Shown in pieces: positions 9,911 to 20,214 of a stretch of DNA of 64,000 nt. The DNA lies in assembly GCA_963715985.1 (NCBI GenBank), contig CAVQSP010000009.1, forward strand, positions 1 to 64,000, written 5' to 3'. Position numbers and translations under genes: made by a program. This DNA is from an uncultured Thermoleophilia bacterium (GTDB taxonomy: Bacteria > Actinomycetota > Thermoleophilia > UBA2241). Under the pieces are notes generated by a model that was not told where the DNA came from, ran no database searches, and saw only the letters and a list, made by a program, of their open reading frames with translations. The number at the start of each line of letters is the position of its first letter. The stretch's first letter is position 1.

Positions 9911-10905
9911 CCCTGCGACGGCGGTGCATCCGGCCGACCCGGCGTGTGCAGTGGAGGCCGGTGCGCCAGGTATTCCACGACCACGTCCGCCAGCGCGTGG
10001 ATGAACTGCGGCGAGTCGTTGGGCGGCTCCGAGCGCCGGTACTCCATGCCCAGACCCTCGATCTCGGAGCGCAGCAGGATGTCCAGGTCGTACAGGGTCT
10101 CCACGTTGTCGCTGACGAAGCCCACCGGCACCACGAGGACCTTCTTCCAGCCCTCCTCCGCGATGGTGCGGACCACGTCCGCCACCTCGGGCTCCATCCA
10201 CTCGCCGCCGCTCCGTCCGGTGCTCTGGAAGCCGAACTTCCAGTCGCCCGGCACGAGGCTCGGCAGCAGCTGGGCGATGGTCTGCTGCAGCTGCTCCACG
10301 TAGGGGTCGCCCTCCCAGATGGTCTCAGCCGGCACGTTGTGCGCGGTGAAGAGCACGACCCACTCGTTCACGTCGCAGCCGTCCAGCGCCTCGGCGGCGT
10401 TCTTGCTGATGGCCTGCACGAAGTCCTTGTCCGCGTACCACCCCTCCAGCAGCGGGATGGTGCGACCGCGCGGGATGTCCGCTCCGGCCGCGCCCACAGC
10501 GGCCGGCACGCCCGTCAGGCCCTCCGCCGCGTCGATGGCGGCGCGGTACCTGCCGGTGGTGAGCCGCGAGGCGAACGGGCTGAGCGGGAGCGCGATCACA
10601 TCGTGCGCGTCGAGCTCGGCGAGGCAGTCCGCCACGGTGGGCTCCGTGTACAGGAAGCCGTGGCGCACGCGCACCGGGAAGGGCAGCTGCAGGGCGAGGC
10701 GGGCCTCCAGGGCGCGCGCCTGACGCACCGTGATGCCGGGCAAGGGGGAGGCGCCGCCGATCAGCCGGTACCTCTCCTCGACCACCGCGAGCGTGCGGGG
10801 GTCGGGCTCGCGGCCCATGAGGCGGCGCAGGAAGACGGGGATCTGCTCCGCCGTCTCCGGGCCGCCGTAGGCGAGCAGAGCGATGTCGACGATGCTCTCG
10901 GGCAC
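9907..10905 (-). CDS. hemH: Ferrochelatase (HemH/CpfC)
   Basis: LLAYGGP, YRLIGGASPL, FTAHNVP, GFVSDNVETLYDLD. Confidence 0.9.
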   Translation of the reverse strand: MPESIVDIALLAYGGPETAEQIPVFLRRLMGREPDPRTLAVVEERYRLIGGASPLPGITVRQARALEARLALQLPFPVRVRHGFLYTEPTVADCLAELDAHDVIALPLSPFASRLTTGRYRAAIDAAEGLTGVPAAVGAAGADIPRGRTIPLLEGWYADKDFVQAISKNAAEALDGCDVNEWVVLFTAHNVPAETIWEGDPYVEQLQQTIAQLLPSLVPGDWKFGFQSTGRSGGEWMEPEVADVVRTIAEEGWKKVLVVPVGFVSDNVETLYDLDILLRSEIEGLGMEYRRSEPPNDSPQFIHALADVVVEYLAHRPPLHTPGRPDAPPSQG

Positions 10906-10915
10906 GGCCGGCCTC

Positions 10916-11947
10916 TCAGACGGCCGCCGCGGAGAGCCGGTGCACCGCGTCGATGACGTACTTGACGTTGTCCGGCGGCGTCTGCGGCACGAGGCCGTGT
11001 CCGAGGTTGAAGATGTGCCCGGGGCGGCCGCCGACCCTGGCGATGATGTCGGCCACGCGCTCCTCGATGGCGCCCGTAGGGCCGAGAAGGGTGATGGGGT
11101 CCAGGTTGCCCTGCACGGCCACGTCGCCGAGCTGTGCCCAGGCGCGGTCGATGTCGATGCGCCAGTCGACCCCGATGACCTCGCTGCCGGCGGTGGCGAT
11201 GTGGTCCAGCATGGCCGAGGCGCCGTTGCCGAAGTAGATCACCGGCGCCCCCTTGCCCTTGACCTTGTCGACCACGGAGCGCACGTGCGGCAGCACCAGG
11301 TGCTCGTAGTCGAACGGGCCCAGCCAGCCGACCCAGGAGTCGAACAGCTGCACGACCTGGGCGCCGGCGGCGATCTGCGCCAGCAGGTAGTCGACGACGA
11401 CGTCGGAGATGAGGCTCATCAGCCGGCCGAAGGTGACCGGGTCCTCGTACATCAGCTTCTTGACGTACGTGTAGTTGCGAGAGTGGCCGCCCTCCACGAT
11501 GTAGCTCGCCAGCGTGAAGGGCGCCCCGGAGAAGCCGATGAGCGGCACGCGTTCGCCGAGCTCGTGCCGCACCAGGCGGATGGCGTCCATCACGTACTGC
11601 AGGTCGGCGGCCGCGTCGATGGTGTGCACGCCGGCGAGGTCGGCGGCACCACGCACCGGCCGCTCGATCACCGGCCCGTCCTCCGGCGTGAAGTGGAAGC
11701 CGATGCCCATGGGCTCGAGCGGCAGCAGGATGTCGGCGAAGATGATGGCCGCGTCCAGGTCGAAGCGGCGCAGCGGCTGCAGCGTGACCTCGGCAGCGAT
11801 GTCCGGCCGCATGCACATCTCCACGAACGAGAGCTTCTCGCGGATGGCGCGGTACTCGGGCAGATAGCGGCCCGCCTGGCGCATCAGCCACACGGGCGTC
11901 GCGTCGACCGGCCGGCGGGCGCAGGCGTGCAGAAGGCGCATGGTCAT
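10916..11947 (-). CDS. hemE: Uroporphyrinogen decarboxylase
   Basis: PVWLMRQAGRYLPEY, FSGAPFTLASY, QGNLDP, FNLGHG. Confidence 0.95.
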   Translation of the reverse strand: MTMRLLHACARRPVDATPVWLMRQAGRYLPEYRAIREKLSFVEMCMRPDIAAEVTLQPLRRFDLDAAIIFADILLPLEPMGIGFHFTPEDGPVIERPVRGAADLAGVHTIDAAADLQYVMDAIRLVRHELGERVPLIGFSGAPFTLASYIVEGGHSRNYTYVKKLMYEDPVTFGRLMSLISDVVVDYLLAQIAAGAQVVQLFDSWVGWLGPFDYEHLVLPHVRSVVDKVKGKGAPVIYFGNGASAMLDHIATAGSEVIGVDWRIDIDRAWAQLGDVAVQGNLDPITLLGPTGAIEERVADIIARVGGRPGHIFNLGHGLVPQTPPDNVKYVIDAVHRLSAAAV

Positions 11948-12047
11948 CCTCTTGTCTGGTGGGCGGGACGCCTCGTCGGGCGTGTCATTGTAGCAAACGG
12001 GAGCCCGGAGGCTCCCGATGGTGGCGTGGGCACGTGCCGGTCGACGG

Positions 12048-12281
12048 TCACTGCGCCGGCCGGTACCCCTCTCCCAGAGCCGCCCTGTGGCACGTGTGGC
12101 ACACGGTGAGCGGCGACTCGCACGACTGCGGTGACACGACGTGGTATCTCAGGGCGCGAGAGCCCAGCGGAGACCCGCACAGGCCGCAGTGCGCGCTGTC
12201 GATGGAGCGCACTGTGGCTGCAGGCCCAGCCAGTGTGACTTCCGGTGACTCTGCCTGCGGCAGTGGGTGGACTTGGCCCAT
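12048..12281 (-). CDS. Small putative zinc-finger protein, 77 aa
   Basis: GGGGAGG RBS 4-5 nt before the ATG. CGLC ... CHTC pair. Confidence 0.6.
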   Translation of the reverse strand: MGQVHPLPQAESPEVTLAGPAATVRSIDSAHCGLCGSPLGSRALRYHVVSPQSCESPLTVCHTCHRAALGEGYRPAQ

Positions 12282-12513
12282 CGGTCCTCCCCGAGAGACG
12301 GGCACGCGGCTCCCGGGCAGGGAACCGCCACGCCAGAACCATGTGCTTTTGTTATGCCCCCGCCCGCGGCAGTCCGTAACCTCGCGGCGGAAGGCGCGGC
12401 GAGCACACGGCGGCGCCCTTATCCGCGTATCGATAACTATAACCTTTGCTGATTTGCAGGAGCAGCTTTACTTATGGACAATAGGCAGGCAGTCAACGAC
12501 CGCGAGGATGTCC

Positions 12514-13491
12514 ATGGCCAAGCGATTCGCATCGACCCCCGACGTGCCGCGCATCGAGAAGGGCGTCACGCTGTTCCGCAGCTGTCTCGTGTCCGCCGAG
12601 TACCCCGGCGTCGAGGCTTCGACGAAGTGGCTCTTCGAGCGCTTCGGCATCGAGTACACGGTCAACGAGGACCAGACGTGCTGCACCGGCCTCGGCTACT
12701 ACTCCGACCTCATGCCGATCCAGACGACAGTCGGCATCGCCGCGCGCAACGCCTGCGTCGTCGTCGACGACGAGCACCCCGTGATGAGCTACCTCTGCTC
12801 CACCTGCTACGCCATCAACAAGAAGGCGCGCAACATCCTGGACGTCGCCGACTACCGCGCGGAGACGAACGAGGTGCTGGCGAAGATCGGCCGCGAGTAC
12901 GACGACCGCGTCGCCGGGACGGTGCAGCACAAGCACACCCTCGAGATCCTGTGGGGCGCCCACGACAGCGTCCCCGACCTCATCAAGCGGCGTCTCGACG
13001 GCATCAAGGTCGCGACGCACCCCGCCTGCCACTACTGCAAGGTCTTCCCGGACGAGACCCTGGGCAACAACGAGAACTTCATGGTGCCGGAGGAGATGCT
13101 GATCCCCGCCGGGGTGGTCTGCACCGGCGCGTACAACGAGAAGCAGACGCACTGCGGGGCCGGCTTTCGCAAGCGCTTCGTGAACCCGTCGATCTCCGTC
13201 GGCGTGACGCAGAAGAAGCTGCACCGGCTGCACGAGGAGAACGTCGACGTCCTGGTGCACATGTGCCCCAACTGTCACGTCCAGTTCGACCGCTACAGCG
13301 ACATCATCTCCGCGAGCACCGGCGAGGAGTTCCCGTTCGTGCACCTGCACGTGCAGCAGCTCCTGGCGCTGGCGCTGGGCGCCGACCCCGAGAAGGTCGT
13401 CGGCATCCAGTCGCACTCCCAGGATGTCGAACCGTTCCTCGAGCGCATCGGCGCCCGTCAGCCCGCCGCGACCGCCGGAGGCTCGCGATGA
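12514..13491 (+). CDS. hdrB: Heterodisulfide reductase subunit B-like (CCG domains)
   Basis: FRSC..EYPGVE, QTCCTG, CSTC, HPACHY, HCGAG, CPNCHVQFD, LALG. Confidence 0.85.
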   Translation: MAKRFASTPDVPRIEKGVTLFRSCLVSAEYPGVEASTKWLFERFGIEYTVNEDQTCCTGLGYYSDLMPIQTTVGIAARNACVVVDDEHPVMSYLCSTCYAINKKARNILDVADYRAETNEVLAKIGREYDDRVAGTVQHKHTLEILWGAHDSVPDLIKRRLDGIKVATHPACHYCKVFPDETLGNNENFMVPEEMLIPAGVVCTGAYNEKQTHCGAGFRKRFVNPSISVGVTQKKLHRLHEENVDVLVHMCPNCHVQFDRYSDIISASTGEEFPFVHLHVQQLLALALGADPEKVVGIQSHSQDVEPFLERIGARQPAATAGGSR

Positions 13492-16400
13492 GGGCCGGGG
13501 TCTTTCTCTGCCAGTGCGGCGGCAACATCAGCGGCGTCGTTGATCTCGAGCCGCTGGCGGAGCACGCGCGCGGCCTGGACGGCGTCGTCGAGGTCGACAT
13601 CAACCAGTTCATGTGCGGCACCGAAGGCCGCGCGATGATCGAGAAGGCCGTGGAAGAGCGCGGCCTCGACCACTTCGTCATCGCCTCGTGCTCGCCGCGC
13701 TTCCAGGGCCCCACCTTCGAGCGCATCGCCCGCGAGCTCAAGCTGGGCGAGAACTCCGTGGCCTTCGGCAACATCCGCGAGGGCTGCTCCTACGTGCACG
13801 CGCACGAGCCCGAGCGCGCGCAGGTCAAGGCAAGGAAGATCGTCGAGGGCGCCGTCGCGCGTCTGCAGCACATGAGCGACCTGCCGCGTCGGCGCACCTT
13901 CCTCAACCGCTCGGTGCTGGTGGTCGGCGGCGGCATCGCCGGCCTCTCCGCCGCCGAGGAGCTCGCCGCCTCGGGCATCGAGGTCCACCTGGTCGAGCGC
14001 CAGCAGAGCATCGGCGGCTACATGTCCCGGCTCAGCAAGACCTTCCCGACCGAGGACTGCGCCATGTGCAGCCTCGCTCCCCGGCTGACCGGCGCGGCCA
14101 CCAACAGCCGCATCCACATCCACGCGCTGTCGGACGTGACCTCCGTCACCGGACCGCCCGGCGAGTTCAACATCACCGTCCGCCACCGCGCGCGCTACGT
14201 GAACGAGAAGTGCGTCGGCTGCGGCGAGTGCGCCGCCGTGTGCCCCGTGACGTATCCCAACGAGTTCGACTTCGGCGTCAGCGAACGGACGGCGATCTCG
14301 CGGCCGTTCGCCAACGCCGTACCGGCGACGTTCGCCGTCGACCGCAAGGGCTGGAGCCCGTGCAAGACGGCCTGCCCCGTCCACACGTCCGCTCACGGGT
14401 ACGTGGCGCTGGTCGCCAAGGGCCGCTACGAGGAGGCCTACCGGGTCGCCAGCGAGCCGAATCCCTTCCCCAGCGTCTGCGGCCGCATCTGCACGCACGT
14501 CTGCGAGACCGAGTGCACGCGCGGCAACGTCGAGGACCCGATCGCCATCGCCGGCATCAAGCGCTTCGTCGCCGACCACGGCGCGCCGGCGGAGCTGCCC
14601 GCGCCGCTGCCCGTCTTCTACGACGAGCCCGTCGCGATCGTCGGCGGCGGCCCCGCAGGCCTCACCGCCGCCCGCGAGCTCGCCCAGTTCGGCTACAAGG
14701 CGACCGTGTTCGAGGCACTCCCGGTCGCCGGCGGCATGCTGCGCGTCGGCATCCCCGAGTACCGCCTGCCGCGCACCGCGCTGCAGGAGGAGGTCGATCG
14801 CATCACCGCCCTGGGCATCGAGCTCAGGACCGGGCAGCGCTGCGGCACCGACTTCACCGTCGACTCGCTGTTCGCCGACGGCTACAAGGCCGTGTTCCTG
14901 GCGACCGGCCTGCACCAGAGCAAGGACCTGCCGATAGACGGCCTCGACCAGCAGGGCGTCGTGCGCGCCGTGGAGTTCCTGCGCGCGCAGGCGCTCGGCG
15001 AGAGCCCGACCACCGGCAAGCGCGTGGTCGTGGTCGGCGGCGGCGATGTGGCCTACGACGCCGGCCGCACCGCGTTCCGCTGCGGCGCCGACGAGGTCAC
15101 CCTGGCCTGCATCGAGGACGAGCGCACGGCGCCGGCCTCGTCCGAGGAGGTCGAAGAGGGCAAGGAAGAGCAGGTCCACGTCGAGTACTCGCTCGTGCCC
15201 GTCGAGATCCTCGGGCAAGGACGGCGTCGCGAGCGGCGTCAAGTTCCAGCGCTGCACCTTGGGCGAGCCCAACGAGCGCGGCTGGCGCCCGCCGGTCCCC
15301 GTGGAGGGCGAGTTCGTCGAGCTCGAGGCCGACACGGTGATCTTCGCCGTCGGCCAGGCGATCGTCGCCGACTTCCTCGCCGGCGCCGACGGCGTCGCCG
15401 TCGAGCGCGGCCAGATCCAGGTGGACACCGACACGATGATGACCGGCCGCACCGGCGTCTTCGCCGGCGGCGACGCGGCCGCGATGGGCCCCTGGACGGC
15501 GATCGAGGCGATCGCCGCCGGCCGTCGCGGCGCCCGCGCCATCCACGACTTCCTGCGCGGCGAGCAGCTCGTCCCTGTGTGGGACTCCGAGGCCGACAAG
15601 GTCAAGATCCCGCACACCGAGCTCGAGCCCCTCGAGCCGCAGGCGCGACGCATCATGAAGACCCTCGACGGCGTCACCCGCCGCACCACCTGGGAGGAGG
15701 TCCGCCTCGGCTTCAGCGAGGAGGACGTCCGCGCCGAGGCCGAGCGCTGCCTCGACTGCGCCGTGTGCTCCGACTGCAGGTCGTGCGTCACGGCGTGCCC
15801 CGCCGACGCCATCGACTTCGACCAGAAGCCCTGGGACGAGGAGATCACCGTCGGCGCGATCATCCTCGCCACCGGCCATCAGGAGTTCGACGCCACGCGC
15901 AAGCTGCCGCTCGGGTACGGCCGCTTCAAGAACGTGCTCACGCAGAGCCAGCTCGCCCGGCTGCTGTCGGCCTCCGGGCCGACCGCGGGCGAGCTCAAGC
16001 GCCCCTCCGACGGCGAGACGCCCAGGCGCATCTTCATGCTCCAGTGCGTCGGCTCGCGCGACTGCACGAGCAGCGGCAACGAGCACTGCTCGGCCATCTG
16101 CTGTCTGTTCGCCACGCTGCACAGCTCGCTGATCAAGCAGCACTACCCGGACGCGGAGATCACCATCGGCTACACCGACATGCGCACGCCGGGCAAGGCG
16201 CACGAGGAGTACTACCGCCTCGTGCAGGAGCGCGGCGTGCGCTACGTGCGCGGCCGCGTCGGCGAGATCCTCGAGGAGCTGGACGGCACGCTCACCGTGC
16301 GCATGGAGAACACCATGACCGGCACCAAGAGCGAGGAGCCCTACGACCTCGTCGTGCTCTCCGCCGGCCTCGAGGGCTCCAAGGGCACGCAGGACATCGC

Positions 16401-16830
16401 CCGCGTCGCCGGCGTCCAGACCGCGGCGGCCGGCTTCATCCGCGAGTTCCACCCCAAGCTGGCTCCCGTCGACACGCAGCGGACCGGCATGTTCCTGTGC
16501 GGCACCGCCCAGGGACCCAAGACGATCCCCGAGTCGATCGCCCAGGCGAAGGCCGCGGCGGCCCGCGCCATCAGCATGCTGAGCACGGGCTTCGCGATGA
16601 CGCCCGCCCAGGTCGCCTCGAGCGACGTGGACGTCTGCGTCGCCTGCGGCGTCTGCGAGACCGCCTGTCCGCAGACGGCGATCACCATCACCGTCGGCGC
16701 CGACGCGCACTCGTTCGTCGACCCCAACATCTGCCGCGGCTGCGGCATCTGCGCCGCCGAGTGCCCCACGGGGGCGATGCAGCTCGGCGGCTTCAGCGAC
16801 GCCGAGGTGCTGGCGGAGGCGACGGTCTGA
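13488..16830 (+). CDS. hdrA: Large HdrA with inserted GltD/NfnB-like NAD(P)H-flavin module (HdrL type), frameshift near 15213
   Basis: GVFLCQCGGNI, CSPR, NIREGC, GGGIAG, KTFPTEDC. Insert has PCKTACP, CGRICTHVCE, GGGPAG, GIPEYRLP, GVFAGGD, EAERCLDC. Then QCVGSRD, CSAICC, GPKTIP and two C-terminal ferredoxin motifs. Confidence 0.85.
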
Positions 16831-17316
16831 TGACGGTGTCCGCGACCACCCTCGGATGCGACGAGCGCCGACCGCACCATCGTCGCGTTCTGCTGCCGGG
16901 AGTGCGCCTACGCGGCGGCCGACGCGAGCGCCAACGCGCGCACGCCGCTGCCGCCGACGGTACGCCTGGTGCTGATGCCTTGCACCGGCCGCGTCAGCCC
17001 GCTGCACCTGCTGAGCGCGCTGGCCGAGGGCGCCGACGGCGTCATGGTCGCCGGATGCCTGCTCGGCCAGTGCCACTACCGCGAGGGCAACTTCAGCGCC
17101 GTCGACCGGGTGGCGTTCGTGCAGCGCCTGCTCAAGAGCGTCGGCGTGGAGCCCGAGCGCTGCCGCATGTTCACGATGAGCGCCGGCGAGCCGCCCAAGT
17201 TCGTCGCCGCCGTCCGCGAGATGGACCGCGTCATCAGCGGCCTGCCGCCGCTGCCACGCTCCGAGGCCGGCGAGGCCGGCCGGGCCGTGCCCGCCGCGGA
17301 GAGGGGGGCCGCCTGA
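16830..17316 (+). CDS. MvhD-like [2Fe-2S] subunit (frameshift near 16849)
   Basis: IVAFCCRECAYAAAD, PCTGRV, GADGVMVAGC, CHYREGN. TGATG coupling to the upstream hdrA. Confidence 0.85.
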
Positions 17317-17759
17317 TGCCGCTCACCCACCGCGGCCGCGAGATCCTGGACCGCGTGCCCGGCGGCTCGCTGCAGAGCACCGTCGGCGTCGGCTGCGAGA
17401 TCGTCCGCCACGAGGAGCTCTGCGTCGGCTGCGGCACCTGCGCCAGGAACTGCCCCAGCGGCGCCTCCGAGCGCGGCGACTTCTTCGACGTGAACCAGCT
17501 CCTGGACGCGCCGGAGGGCAGCCGCCGCGGCGAGCTCGGCGCTGCGCTGCGCCGGCTCATGCAGCACGAGCCCGACGGCCCCGTCGAGGTGCCGGAGCGC
17601 GTCACCGTCTACCGCACCATCGTCTACGACGACGAGAAGTGCCTCGGCTGCGGCACCTGCGCTCGCGGGCTGCCCGGCCGAAGCGATCGAGGCGCGGCCG
17701 CCGAAGGCCGACGCCGCGCCGGCCCAGCCCGGCCGCAGGCCGAAGGGGCGCCGGCATGA
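17316..17759 (+). CDS. 2x[4Fe-4S] ferredoxin-like protein (indel near 17668)
   Basis: CVGCGTCARNCP, and CLGCGTCARG(CP) after correcting one base. Confidence 0.75.
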   Translation: MPLTHRGREILDRVPGGSLQSTVGVGCEIVRHEELCVGCGTCARNCPSGASERGDFFDVNQLLDAPEGSRRGELGAALRRLMQHEPDGPVEVPERVTVYRTIVYDDEKCLGCGTCARGLPGRSDRGAAAEGRRRAGPARPQAEGAPA

Positions 17760-20214
17760 CGCTCCTCCGGCGGCAGCGGTCCGGCGCGCCCGCTGGTGCT
17801 CCTCTGCGAGTGCGCCGGCACGCTCACCAACATCGACTTCGACCGGCTCGAGCAGCACGCCGGCCTGCACGCCGACGTCATGCGCGGCACCCACTGGTGC
17901 AGCCGCGTCGGCCAGGCGCAGATGCTCGAGCTCATGGACGCTGGAGCCGGGGGCGAGGCCGGAGCCGAAGGCGGACGGCAGCTCGTCTTCGCCGGCTGCT
18001 CCGCCGACTTCGCCGCGCGCCGCTTCCAGAAGCTGCTGGCGCGCGGCCTCCAGCTCGAGATCGCCGACATCCGCGAGGGCTGCAGCTGGGTGCACGGCGA
18101 CGACGTCGACGCGGTCACCGACAAGGCCGCCCGCGTCATCGACTCGTCGATCGCCTACCCGGACGCCCCCGCGGACACGATGAGCTACGCCGAGCGCCAG
18201 GACACCGTCGTGGTCATCGGCGGCGGCGTGGCCGGCACGCAGGCCGCCGCCGAGCTCGCCCAGATGGGCCACCACGTCGAGCTCGTCGAGCGGCGGCCGT
18301 TCCTCGGCGGCCGCGCCGCCCGCATCGGCACCGTGTTCCCCACCAACGACTGCGGCCAGTGCCTGCCGACCACCGACGCGCAGGCCGGCACGCGCAAGTG
18401 CTTCCACCGCAACGTCGCCATCGACCATCCCGGACCTGAGCATCCACCGCCGCTCCACCGTCGAGTCGGTCACCGGCCACCCCGGCGACTTCCAGGTGAG
18501 CATCCGCACGCTGCCCAACATCGTCACCGACGCGTGCATCAACTGCGGCACCTGCGAGACCGTGTGCGAGGTCGAGTCGTCCGAGCCCGGCAAGAAGGCG
18601 ATCTTCACCGAGTTCTACGACGGCCGCGTGATCCGCACCGTCGACCTCGAGACCTGCACCTTCTGCGGCAAGTGCGCCGGGGAGTGCCCTGTCGAGGCGA
18701 TCGACTTCGCCCAGTCGCCGAAGCGCACCACCGTGCACGCCGGCGCGATCCTCACGGCCACCGGCTGCGAGCCGGCGCCCCGCGAGTACTTCGACTACCT
18801 GGGCTACGGGCACGACGGCGTCGTCACCCAGGTGGAGCTGGCCGACATGCTCGACGACTGGTCCGCGCAGGCCTCGCTCGGCCGCATGCCCGTCGAGGAG
18901 CTCGTCATGATCCAGTGCGCCGGCTCGCGCGACCAGCGGCACCTGCCGCACTGCTCGCGCCTCTGCTGCATGATCGCGCTCAAGCACGCGATCCGGCTCA
19001 AGACGCTCTTCCCGGCGATGAAGGTCACCATCTGCTACCTCGAGATGAGAACGGCCGGCGTGGGCTACGAGAACTGGTTCCTGGACGCACGCCGCGCCGG
19101 TGTCGAGTTCCTGCGCGGCACGCCGCCCGAGGTCCAGTTCGACGCCGCCGGCCGGCCGGTGATCGAGGTCGAGGACGTCACCGCGGCGCGCAAGCGCGTG
19201 CTGCGGCCGGACCTCGTGGTGCTCAGCACCGGCATGGTGCCGGCCGAGGGCACGGACAAGCTCGCGCAGACGCTCGCCGTCGACCACGACAAGGACGGCT
19301 TCATCGAGATCCTCGACCGCAAGAACCGCGCCACCGAGACCAGCGGCGAGGGCATCTTCGTCTGCGGCTCCGCCGCCGGCCCCAAGGCGCTCATCGAGGT
19401 CAACACCGAGGCCTCCGCGGTGGCCAGCGAGATCCACAACTTCCTGACGTCCGCCGGGCGTCGCGGGACGGCGGCGTCGCGGGTCGACGCCTCCCAGTGC
19501 GTCGGCTGCGACACCTGCTCGACCATGTGTCCGTTCAACGCCATCACGCTGGTCGACCGGCCGGAGTGGGAGGCGCGGCCGGACGAGGTGAAGGATGACG
19601 GCAAGCTCGCCGTCATCGACGCCGAGAGCTGCCGCGCCTGCGGCATCTGCGCCGCCAACTGCCCCGAGGTCGCGATCGCCCACAACCTCAGCGACGACGC
19701 CCTGTTCGGTCGCATCGCGACCATGACGCAGGGCGTCGACAAGCCCGTCGTCGGCTTCTACTGCAAGGAGTGCGCCGGCGCCGCCATCGGCCTCGCCGGC
19801 CAGCGGCGCGACAAGTACCCGGAGGGCGTACGGCTCATCGAGCTGCCGTGCCTCGGGCGAGTGAGCGCCCTGCACATCGTGGAGGCGGCCCGCCTGGGCG
19901 CGGCCGGCGTGTTCCTCGCCGGGTGCGCGGAAGGCCGCTGTCAGTACCGCACCGGCGACGCGAGCGCGCTCGAGCAGATGACGATCGCCGAGGAGGTGCT
20001 GGCCGAGGGCGGCACCCCGCTGCCGCTCGAGCTGTGGCACCTCTGCGCCGTCGACCGCCTGAGCGTCGGCCGGCGCATCCGCATGTTCCACGCCAGGGCC
20101 GTCGGTGACGAGCTCTCCGACGAGCTCGTCGAGCATGAGATGGAACTGATCGGCGCCACGGCTGCCGCCGGCGCCGGCTGCGCGGGAGGTGATCCCTGTG
20201 GCTGCGGTCACTGA
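17756..20214 (+). CDS. hdrA: HdrA-MvhD fusion (QmoB-like architecture), frameshifts near 17770 and 18430
   Basis: LCECAGT, IREGCSW, GGGVAG, VFPTNDC, inserted ferredoxin, QCAGSRD, CSRLCC, C-terminal ferredoxin, then FYCKEC, PCLGRV, GCAEGRC (MvhD). Confidence 0.82.

Noticed and set aside
12084-12104. CHTCH as a heme c site in the small ORF
   Set aside because: No signal peptide, and it pairs with a second CxxC, so a Zn ribbon is more likely.
16828-16833. In-frame TGA-TGA between HdrL and MvhD as double Sec readthrough
   Set aside because: TGATG start-stop coupling plus one extra C near 16849 explains it more simply, and the positions do not match Cys ligands.
12474-17759. 1761-aa ORF as a giant protein
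   Set aside because: It is a chimera of off-frame sequence and real segments (HdrA N-half, ferredoxin) created by indels and stop-poor GC-rich frames.
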